From Planctomycetota bacterium (GTDB lineage: Bacteria; Planctomycetota; UBA1135; GCA-002686595), in NCBI GenBank assembly GCA_002720975.1, contig PBIX01000007.1, positions 58,251 through 122,250 of the forward strand: DNA of 64,000 nt, read 5' to 3'. The notes under the pieces were generated by a model. That model was not told the origin of the DNA. It saw only the letters and a program-made list of their open reading frames with translations, and did no database searches. Position 1 is the first letter of the stretch, and each line of letters opens with the position of its first letter. Made by a program: the position numbers and the translations under genes. Positions 36,025-43,753 of this stretch are shown here, piece by piece.

Positions 36025-37683
36025 ATGTCCACAGCTTCTATTCTCCTTGCTCTGTTCGCTGCCCCCCTCGGCGCGCCCGCCACCTCTGCAGTTCCCGCAC
36101 TGGACGGCGTGGCGTCTCCTCAACCGATCGTCGAAGCTCAAGAGGCTGAGGCAGCAGATGCGGGTGAGGACAAGGGCTTTGAAGATTGGCTCGACCACAA
36201 GATGCATCGCGTCAATGTCTTCATTGGCGGGGGCGATGATCCGGACACGAAGGAAGAAGAGGAAAACGCGTTCGGGTTCTTCCAGCTGATCCCCATCGGC
36301 GTGGATGACTCCGACGGGGAACCCATCCGTGTGCCACTGCTGGTGATGTGGCTCGTCCTGGGTTCAATCTTCTTCACCGTTCGGATGGCCTTTGTCCAGT
36401 TCAGGGTCTTCCGTCACGCCATCGAGGTGACCCGCGGCCGTTACGACGACCCCGAGGATGAAGGGGAGGTCAGCCACTTCCAGGCCCTCACTGCGGCCCT
36501 CTCCGCTACCGTTGGCTTGGGCAACATCGCCGGCGTGGCAATCGCCATCAGCATCGGCGGACCTGGCGCGACCTTCTGGATGATCATGGCCGGCTTCCTG
36601 GGCATGGCCTCCAAATTCGTGGAGTGCACCCTCGGTCAGCTCTACCGCGAAGTGCGTCGCGACGGCTCGGTCATGGGCGGCGCCATGTGCTACCTCTCAA
36701 CGGGGCTCAAGGAGAAGGGCATGGGTGGCTTGGGCAAGGTCCTGGCAGTGATCTTCGCCGTACTGTGCATGGGAGGTTCGTTCGCCGGCGGCAACAGCTT
36801 CCAGGTCAACCAATCCTTGGGGGCCATCAAGGAGGCAATTCCGTCATTGGAGGGCTTCGAATGGATCTATGGCCTGATCATGACGGCCATGGTGGCCGTC
36901 GTCATTGTGGGCGGCATCAAGCGTATTGCCGCCACGGCCGAGAAAATCGTGCCCCTGATGTGCGGCATCTACGTCGCTGCTTGCTTGATCGTCCTGGTCA
37001 TGAAGATGGGTGAGATCCCTGCGGCCTTTGGAACGATCCTGTCAGAGGCCCTGAGACCAGAAGCCGGCTTCGGCGCGATCATCGGAGTGCTCGTTGTCGG
37101 GTTCCAGCGGGCGGCCTTCTCCAACGAGGCGGGCGTCGGATCGGCGGCCATCGCCCACGCAGCGGCCAAGACCAAGTATCCGATCCGCGAGGGCGTCGTG
37201 GCTTCCTTGGGGCCTTTCATCGACACGGTCGTGATCTGCACCATGACAGCCTTGGTGATCGTGATCACGGGTGCCTACAACGACCCCGACCTCCAGCACC
37301 TCGTGGACGGCAACAACGGGGCCGCCCTGACTTCGATGGCCATGCAGGGCGCCATCGGATCCTGGTTCAAGTACGTGCTCGCCATCGCGGTGATGTTCTT
37401 CGCCTACTCGACCATGATCTCCTGGTCCTACTACGGCGAGCGCTGTTGGGTGTGGCTCTTCGGGGATGCGTCCTCGATGATCTACAAGATGATCTTCCTG
37501 GTCTTTGTCTTCCTGGGTTCTGTCGTTTCCGCCACCAGCGTGCTGGAGTTCGGTGACCTGATGATCCTCGGCATGGCCTTCCCCAACGTCCTCGGTGTCG
37601 TCATCCTCTCGGGCAAGGTGCGAACGCTGACGGACAAGTACCTTGCCCGCCTCAAGGCTGGGGAGTTCAAGGTCTACAGCTAG
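36025..37683 (+). CDS. Alanine/glycine:cation symporter (AGCS family)
   Basis: FQALTAALSATVGLGNIAGVAIAISIGGPGATFWMIMAGFLGMASKFVECTLG is the AGCS signature region. About 11 TM segments. Start taken at ATG 36025. Confidence 0.85.
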   Translation: MSTASILLALFAAPLGAPATSAVPALDGVASPQPIVEAQEAEAADAGEDKGFEDWLDHKMHRVNVFIGGGDDPDTKEEEENAFGFFQLIPIGVDDSDGEPIRVPLLVMWLVLGSIFFTVRMAFVQFRVFRHAIEVTRGRYDDPEDEGEVSHFQALTAALSATVGLGNIAGVAIAISIGGPGATFWMIMAGFLGMASKFVECTLGQLYREVRRDGSVMGGAMCYLSTGLKEKGMGGLGKVLAVIFAVLCMGGSFAGGNSFQVNQSLGAIKEAIPSLEGFEWIYGLIMTAMVAVVIVGGIKRIAATAEKIVPLMCGIYVAACLIVLVMKMGEIPAAFGTILSEALRPEAGFGAIIGVLVVGFQRAAFSNEAGVGSAAIAHAAAKTKYPIREGVVASLGPFIDTVVICTMTALVIVITGAYNDPDLQHLVDGNNGAALTSMAMQGAIGSWFKYVLAIAVMFFAYSTMISWSYYGERCWVWLFGDASSMIYKMIFLVFVFLGSVVSATSVLEFGDLMILGMAFPNVLGVVILSGKVRTLTDKYLARLKAGEFKVYS

Positions 37684-37714
37684 ATCTCTGCCAGCGCCTG
37701 AAGATTGACGTTGG

Positions 37715-38518
37715 TCAACCGAAAGCTGCCGCCTTGGTGCGGCGCCTGACCGGGACTCCACCGGTCACGGTACCCGAGAAGAGAAACGTCCCCTCGATTC
37801 GCCAACCGGGACGCGGAGGTGGCTGGCCGTGCTCTTCTAATTGCCAAGGGCTGACGAACAACAGGAGCGGGCGCTCGGGAGCGTCCGTCACGAGCAGATC
37901 CACCGCTTGGCCGGTGAGGGGGTTTCGCAGGTGCTGGATCGACCGCACACGCAAGGAGACGTCTGAACACCCGCCCGGCGCACTGGGATCGCCGAGAGGT
38001 GCCACGAACGCGCCGCGACGTTGCTCCAGGATGCTCGGATCGCAGACGCCCTCATTGGGCCCCACGTAGTCCACGTGCAGCGCAAAGCCGGCGATGCTCA
38101 CGGCCAGCACATGGTTTATTGGCATGTGGGGAGGGAGTCGCTGGGCATCCACCAGCCAGGTCGCCAGACGATAGGCACCGGGCTCACCCGGTTGGAGCAG
38201 AGGCCCGGGATCGCCGGGGTTGGGTGGGCAGGCCCAACCCGTGAGCAGGGCATCGAAGGGTGAGTCGGGTACGTGGTTCAGCGTCTCGATCCCCATGCGT
38301 AGCCGATGGGGGGAGCGGTAGTGGGGCAAGAGGGTCCAGAAGTCCTTGCCCTCCTCCCGGTCAAGACGGACTTCAAGGCCCGCACCCAGCGCGAGGGTCC
38401 GATGTTCCTGAGGATCACCACGCCAGGGGGCGGGGTCGCCTTCCTGCACGACCTGGTCCACGAGAGCCTCGTGATCAAGGTCCGGGGGAAAACCGATGCA
38501 TTCCAGAAGAAAGTCCAT
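37715..38518 (-). CDS. Hypothetical protein
   Basis: From ATG 38518: MDFLLECIGFPPDLDHEALVDQVVQEGD.... 267 aa with no recognisable motif. Confidence 0.45.
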   Translation of the reverse strand: MDFLLECIGFPPDLDHEALVDQVVQEGDPAPWRGDPQEHRTLALGAGLEVRLDREEGKDFWTLLPHYRSPHRLRMGIETLNHVPDSPFDALLTGWACPPNPGDPGPLLQPGEPGAYRLATWLVDAQRLPPHMPINHVLAVSIAGFALHVDYVGPNEGVCDPSILEQRRGAFVAPLGDPSAPGGCSDVSLRVRSIQHLRNPLTGQAVDLLVTDAPERPLLLFVSPWQLEEHGQPPPRPGWRIEGTFLFSGTVTGGVPVRRRTKAAAFG

Positions 38519-38648
38519 GGGCGTTGGGCTCGGGAGGGAGACAGGGCACAGGATAGGCTCTTTGGGAGAGGGCGTCTCTGCTTGGACATCCGGCCGCCTC
38601 CCGCTTCGGACTGCCACGCCCATCCCGTCCATGGGCTACCATCTGCAC

Positions 38649-39230
38649 ATGTCCTGGATACGCACCATTTCTCTGGAGGAGGCCACCGGGCGTCTGAAGC
38701 GTTCCTACGACGCAGCCGTACAGCGCGCTGGAGCCGTGGCCGGCATCGTGCGCGCCATGAGCCTCTCGCCTCCGGTCCTGGACGCCTCCATGGGGCTCTA
38801 CCAGCGGATCATGTTTGCGCCGGAGGGCCTGAGTCGCGTGCAGCGCGAGCTGTTGGCCACAGTGGTCAGCCAGACCAATGACTGTCACTACTGAGTGCAC
38901 TCCCATGCTGGGGATCTCCGTGCTGAGCTCCTACAAACCGATGCCGAGCCCGAATCCGTTGAGAGCCTCGTGGACGCCGTTCTCACGGGCTGGAGCTCCG
39001 CGGACCTCTCTGCTGCGGACAAGGCCCTGTGTGTGTATGCGGAGAAGCTGACGAGGGACCCGGCGGCCATGAGCCAGGAGGACGTGGAGGTTCTGCGTAC
39101 GGCGGGGTTCGACGATGAGGCCATTCACGACGCCGTGCAGGTCATCAGCTACTTCAACTACATCAACCGTGTGGCTGATGCGACGCACGTAGACCCGGAT
39201 CCGGGCATGCCGCCCTACCCCGAAGGCTAG
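38649..39230 (+). CDS. AhpD/carboxymuconolactone-decarboxylase-family peroxidase-related protein with in-frame TGA (38892-38894); candidate selenocysteine
   Basis: Track ORFs 38496..38894 and 38895..39230 share one frame and are split only by TGA. The joined text is ...LLATVVSQTNDCHY[TGA]VHSHAGDLRAEL..., which fits CxxCxxxH with the TGA at the second Cys. The N-terminal MSWIRTISLEEATGRLKRSYD and C-terminal VISYFNYINRVADA fit the family. Confidence 0.6.
38897..38923 (+). promoter_or_regulatory. Candidate SECIS-like hairpin immediately 3' of the in-frame UGA
   Basis: GCAC(38897-900) UCCC(901-904), loop AUGCUG, GGGA(911-914), bulge UCUCC, GUGC(920-923). Drawn by eye and not energy-evaluated. 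Confidence 0.2.
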
Positions 39231-41743
39231 TTGGCCTCACGGACCGTACGCCAACCGTCTACCTCCAGCTCCAGGTTCGACGTCGCCCCCGAGGGCCAGC
39301 GGATCTCGGCTTGAATGCGATCCGGTACCGTCCCCAGCCCAAAGTGCAGCTCGGGAGGATTGCCAGCAAGGTAGCTCGTGCCCGCCCCCAGACTCCTGCG
39401 CCAGGCTTGGTTGCCACTGCGCAGAGTGACCTCGGCACCGATGGCGGGCGAGCCGGTGTCGCCGGTCAGAAGGCGTAACCCCAGCCAGCGGCCCGTACGC
39501 GGCGCGTCGTTGCGTAGGAGCTGCAGGACCGAGTTGTTGGCGGTCACGGCCAGGTCCAGGTCGCCATCCCTGTCGAAGTCACAGGCAGCGGCCGCCCGAG
39601 AGGGGAGAGCGCGCAAGAGAGCACTGCCGGCAGACGCGCTCACGTCCGTGAAGCGTCCGCTCCCATCGTTGGTCAGCAGGTGGTTGGGCTGGCCGACGCA
39701 GATGCCCGTGCTCTCGTAGTCGGGGCTCGTGTAGCCATTGGCCACGAACAGGTCCAGGTCGCCATCGCACTCCAGGTCGAAGAGCACCGCGCCCCAGGAC
39801 GTGTAGCCGATGCTGCCCACCAGTCCCGCGGCCACCGTGCCATCGTGGAAGCTCGCCCGTCGATGTTTGGCCTCGTAGGGCGAGTAGAGGTTTGACAAGT
39901 ACAGGGCATTGGCTTCCAGCTGCCAGTTTGTCAGGAACAGGTCCTCGTCCAGGTCCCCGTCCACATCCCCGATGGCGAGCCCCATACCTCCGCGGGGGTC
40001 GTCGACCCCGGTCCTGTAGGAGATGTCCTGGAAGGTGCCATCGCCCTCATTGCGGTAGAGCACGTTGAAGCTCACATCATTGGCCACGTACAGGTCCGGG
40101 TCGGCATCCCGGTCAAAATCCCAGAAGATCGGCTGCATGCCACGACCGTTTGCGTCCGTCAGGCCCAACTCTTCGGTGACGTCCTCAAAAACCAGATCGC
40201 CTTCGTTGCGCAAGAACACGTTCTCCCCCGCTGGGAACGCAAAGGGCAGCATGGGCAGAGGGTCCTCGCGCTGGTAGGACTGCATGTCCGGGCCGCGCTC
40301 CATCTTCGTCAGGTCGAAGTCCAGGTAGCGCGTAACGTAGAGGTCCAGGTCGCCGTCCTTGTCGTGGTCAGCGGCCGCGAGGCCCGCACTCCACTGGTCA
40401 GAAGCGAGAGACGCAGGCAGCGGGACGGGGCTGAAGTGTCCGCTCCCGTCCCCTTCGAGCAGGACGTCCGGGCCACGATTGGCCACGTAGAGGTCGAGGT
40501 CGCCATCACCGTCGGCGTCGAAGAACAGGGCACCCATGCCTGCGCCCGTCGCCTCGGCCCCTGAGCCCAGCGTGATGTCTTCGAAGTGATCTCCTCCTAC
40601 GTTTCGTAGGAGGCGGTTGGGCAAGGGGCCCGTCTCCGGGCGGCCAGATCCCTGTACCAGGTACAGGTCGACCCACCCATCCCCATCCACGTCGCCCCAG
40701 GCAAGACCCGGACCCATCGTGGGGGCGATGGTGAGCTGTTCGGCGGGCCCCTCCAGGTGCAGATTCTCAAGGCCCAAGTGTGAGGTCACGTCGCAGAACC
40801 AACCGGTGGACGGCGCGGATTCTGTACGTGGCGCTCTCCGCGTTTCGATTTCCGCACACTCAATCTCCACCAGCACGGTCCAGGTGCGACCCGGCTGCGC
40901 GCGATGGGGAGGATCGAACCACAGATCCAGGGTCTCGTGCGCGACGAGAGGTGCCGTCCAGGGATCTGGCTGGGTGCCCTCCTGGGTTTTCTTGCCGTCG
41001 TTGCGCTCCCAATCGCGGAGGAGTAGAGGCACACCCGCTGTGCCCTGCACCTCTTCGACCCGCGCGAAGAACGCCTGATCGAGGCGGGCCCCACCCGGCT
41101 CGACGTGCACGTTCTGTTTGGCATGGGCGGGGAGAACGAGGGCTTCTCGCCGGCCGCCGCCCAGCGTGTGCGGGACTCCGTCGACCATCACAGCGTGCGG
41201 CGTGCCTGCGCCATCTCCGGCGATCAGGACCAGACTGTGTGGAAGGATGCCCCAGTCGGGCGGGACAAGGGTGACCGCCGCCGTGGAAAGGTGCTGACCA
41301 TCCTGGCGCGCAAGCCAGGGGAGATGGCTCACACTGGGCAGGGTCTCACGGGGCAATTGGCTAGGGCCCACCACCAGGGCTCCTTCGGATCCGACGAGGA
41401 GCTGGTGGCCCACCGGGTGCTGGATGGCCCGCAGGGCGAGGTCCACGATCTGCCATCGAGCTGACCCTTCGAGGCGCAGTCCCAGGCCCCTGCGGGTGCG
41501 CTCAGCCCGGACAACCTCCTCTGAGCGGCTCACAAGGGGAGCCAGGAGCAGTTGGCGCCCCTCTCTCAGGGAGCCCAGGAGCTCCGGCTCAGGGCTGTTG
41601 AGTGCCCACAGGCCGTGTTCGGGGCGGTCTCCTGCCAGAGGCTGGCGAGGAGAGCAGCTGGCCCCGAGGGCCAGGAGAAGGAGCGCGGTGGGCAGGTTCT
41701 GCACGGATCTGTTGTCCTCGCTCAACGCAACGCGCTCCGCCAA
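39227..41743 (-). CDS. CRTAC1-family protein (FG-GAP/VCBS repeats plus ASPIC/UnbV domain), lipoprotein
   Basis: Many DxDGDGxxD loops (WGDVDGDGWVDLYLV, FFDADGDGDLDLYVAN, DHDKDGDLDLYVT, DFDRDADPDLYVAN, IGDVDGDLDEDLFLTN, CDFDRDGDLDLAVT). The C-terminus is UnbV/ASPIC-like (GAEVTLRSGNQAWRRSLGAGTSYLAGNPPELHFGLG). Lipobox LALGASC. The start codon is uncertain (TTG at 41743). Confidence 0.8.
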   Translation of the reverse strand: MAERVALSEDNRSVQNLPTALLLLALGASCSPRQPLAGDRPEHGLWALNSPEPELLGSLREGRQLLLAPLVSRSEEVVRAERTRRGLGLRLEGSARWQIVDLALRAIQHPVGHQLLVGSEGALVVGPSQLPRETLPSVSHLPWLARQDGQHLSTAAVTLVPPDWGILPHSLVLIAGDGAGTPHAVMVDGVPHTLGGGRREALVLPAHAKQNVHVEPGGARLDQAFFARVEEVQGTAGVPLLLRDWERNDGKKTQEGTQPDPWTAPLVAHETLDLWFDPPHRAQPGRTWTVLVEIECAEIETRRAPRTESAPSTGWFCDVTSHLGLENLHLEGPAEQLTIAPTMGPGLAWGDVDGDGWVDLYLVQGSGRPETGPLPNRLLRNVGGDHFEDITLGSGAEATGAGMGALFFDADGDGDLDLYVANRGPDVLLEGDGSGHFSPVPLPASLASDQWSAGLAAADHDKDGDLDLYVTRYLDFDLTKMERGPDMQSYQREDPLPMLPFAFPAGENVFLRNEGDLVFEDVTEELGLTDANGRGMQPIFWDFDRDADPDLYVANDVSFNVLYRNEGDGTFQDISYRTGVDDPRGGMGLAIGDVDGDLDEDLFLTNWQLEANALYLSNLYSPYEAKHRRASFHDGTVAAGLVGSIGYTSWGAVLFDLECDGDLDLFVANGYTSPDYESTGICVGQPNHLLTNDGSGRFTDVSASAGSALLRALPSRAAAACDFDRDGDLDLAVTANNSVLQLLRNDAPRTGRWLGLRLLTGDTGSPAIGAEVTLRSGNQAWRRSLGAGTSYLAGNPPELHFGLGTVPDRIQAEIRWPSGATSNLELEVDGWRTVREAN

Positions 41744-41830
41744 GGGTGGCGGAGCGCATGTGCCCGCAGGAACATCCCGCGAGGCCTGGGATCACCCGAC
41801 CCATGGCAGGCGTCCGTGGATGACTGCCAC

Positions 41831-42106
41831 CTAGAACTTGAGGTCGCGAATGTCCTCGACATCGAAGTTGATGGAAGCCTCTTTGACGGGATCGATCACT
41901 CTTCCCGTTCCCTTGAAGGGGTTGAAGATCAGCGCTCCGGTAACCACGCGACCATCCTTGAAGGTGATCGTCGCCGTGTCTGCCGTCTGAGCAGCGAGCA
42001 GAGCATCGTAGATTCTCTCAGGTGCCATTTGTTTCGTTGTCTTCTGGGATTTGCGGGATGATCCTTCTTGATTCTTCGCCTGTTGAGTCGGGTTGGTCAA
42101 TGACAT
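41831..42106 (-). CDS. Small hypothetical protein (91 aa, or 65 aa from the internal Met)
   Basis: MSLTNPTQQAKNQEGSSRKSQKTTKQMAPERIYDALLAAQTADTATITFKDGRVVTGALIFNPFKGTGRVIDPV.... Lower GC than the surroundings. It overlaps the upstream Nudix-like gene by 10 nt. Confidence 0.45.
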   Translation of the reverse strand: MSLTNPTQQAKNQEGSSRKSQKTTKQMAPERIYDALLAAQTADTATITFKDGRVVTGALIFNPFKGTGRVIDPVKEASINFDVEDIRDLKF

Positions 42107-42873
42107 GCGGTGAGAACCTCGCCTTCGGAGTTGTGGCCACAGTGGCCGGTAGTATTGGCAGGGATGGAGACCAGGTGGTCCAGATCTGTAAGCAACAGGC
42201 TGGACCAGGTTTCGAAGTTGGCTCCGGTAGCGGCGAGTCTCTGCAGCTCGGCCACCGAAACGAAACTACCTTCGAGCTGGTCCACTTCGCGAATCGCTAC
42301 CGGTCCCTTGACCGCGATCACTTGGACCAACCCGACATGGACGGCTCCGACAGCATTGGAGTCGTCGTTCAGTAATCCCACACGATGGACCGTGTACGGT
42401 CCATCGATGGAGAGTTCCTCCTCAGCCACCTCCCGTCGGGTGGCTGCAGCAATAGGGTCGGAGCCATCCCGCTCCTGTGAATACCCCTGACTTGGCGAAT
42501 CTGAACTGGCCCCCGAGGATGCCCCCTGCATGTCCTCCGGGTTGATATGACCTCCCACTCCGATGGAGAGCTTGTCGTGCAGACGGGCCTCCCCCCCGGC
42601 CTTTGTGCGCCGCAGGCAGAGCACTTCTGGGGTCCCACCATCCCCCTGACGAACCACCAGCGAGTAAGGGATGACCTGTTTCAGCGCTGGGGTGCGCTCC
42701 GCGTACTCGCGCTCCACGAAGAAGCCATGCTCGCGTACACATGCGGCGAAGGCCTCCGCATCTGCTCCTGACCTGGTCCCTTCCTTGGAGTCTCCCGCGC
42801 CGAAGAACTGGACCCCGTGGGGGTAGCTCTCCGGAAAGAGGTTGGGTCGCGGGATGACGAAGACGAATTCCAT
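42097..42873 (-). CDS. NUDIX-like phosphoesterase (MutT-family, COG4112-like)
   Basis: MEFVFVIPRPNLFP...QVIPYSLVV...GGEARLHDKLSIGVGGHINPEDM...AATRREVAEEEL is a split Nudix-box-like pattern. The assignment is from memory of the family. Confidence 0.5.
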   Translation of the reverse strand: MEFVFVIPRPNLFPESYPHGVQFFGAGDSKEGTRSGADAEAFAACVREHGFFVEREYAERTPALKQVIPYSLVVRQGDGGTPEVLCLRRTKAGGEARLHDKLSIGVGGHINPEDMQGASSGASSDSPSQGYSQERDGSDPIAAATRREVAEEELSIDGPYTVHRVGLLNDDSNAVGAVHVGLVQVIAVKGPVAIREVDQLEGSFVSVAELQRLAATGANFETWSSLLLTDLDHLVSIPANTTGHCGHNSEGEVLTACH

Positions 42874-43251
42874 GGATGAGTAGCGCGAAGTTGCGGTGTG
42901 CTACCTGAAGCCGGTGTGCGGTCGGCGGAGGAGTGGATCCTCGTGTGGCGAACGACCTGGCTGGCGAGGCCTTGGCTTTCGAGACGGCGAAGAATCCGAT
43001 GAAGGGAGAAGGATCAACCCGGTCGAGCCGGAGAGTGCGCGGGCGACTCGCGTCCGCGTCACGACTGACCACTCTAGACCACTTCTTGCGGTTCGTCAAC
43101 GGGGTCGCGCGAGCGGGGGACGAGCTCCGGAATCTGTCGACGCTTCGCTTTCCCTTTCTAAGTTCAATTGGGCAAATCACCTGCCCGATGTGCATTCCAT
43201 AGATCCCGCAGTTGCGCCAACTCTTGCTGCGCAAGGAAATCGGAAAGCGGG

Positions 43252-43671
43252 GGTGGAAGTGAGAGGTCCGATAAGCCGGGTTCTGTTCCTCCCCGTGAGG
43301 GGAGGCGACGACCATTTCTCTGGGACCGGAGTTGCCTCCGGCCTCGAACGACCTACCCGGAAGGTGTGAGCGCGGGTCATCGCCCGTTGACCTTCCCTAT
43401 TTGGTCTTTCTCCGCGTGGGGTTTACCTTGCCAGTCCTGTCACCAGGAACTGCGGTGCGCTCTTACCGCACCCTTTCAGCCTTGCCGCCCGCACCGAAGC
43501 GCGGGGTTGGCGGTCTACTCTCTGTTGCACTTTCCCTGGCCTCACGGCCGGTTGCCGTTAGCAACCACACTGACCCGAGGAGCCCGGACTTTCCTCCCTC
43601 CCAGCTCGCTCGGCCCAGTTGCCTGTGCCTCGCGGTCCTGGAGAGCGGCCGCCTGGGCCTCTCACTTCCGG
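43252..43671 (-). ncRNA. rnpB: RNase P RNA, bacterial type A
   Basis: The reverse complement carries the universal blocks GGAGGGAGGAAAGUCCGGGCUCC, GGGAAAGUGCAACAGAGAG, GGUGCGGUAAGAGCGCACC, CAAGGUAAACCCCAC and ACAGAACCCGGCUUAUCGG. P1 pairs GGAAGUGAGAGG (5', 43658-43669) with CCUCUCACUUCC (3', 43255-43266). The ends are good to about 5 nt. Confidence 0.92.
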
Positions 43672-43675
43672 GCGG

Positions 43676-43681
43676 ATTGTA
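43676..43681 (-). promoter_or_regulatory. Candidate -10 box (TACAAT) for rnpB
   Basis: The minus strand reads ...GGCTACAATCCGCC|GGAAGTGAGAGG. TACAAT ends about 6-7 nt before the predicted mature 5' end. No convincing -35 box. Confidence 0.35.
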
Positions 43682-43753
43682 GCCGGGTCCAGGGAGTGTG
43701 GGGTACCCGACCTGCTGTGTCTGTCCGGGAGGGTGGTAGGATGGCGTGACCCC

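Noticed and set aside
38892-38894. Reading the TGA as a simple nonsense mutation or sequencing error, making the AhpD-like gene a pseudogene.
   Set aside because: This cannot be excluded without reads or the rest of the genome. It is judged less likely because the stop coincides exactly with the redox Cys column of CxxCxxxH, and both halves remain otherwise intact and in frame. It is kept as the explicit alternative in the finding.
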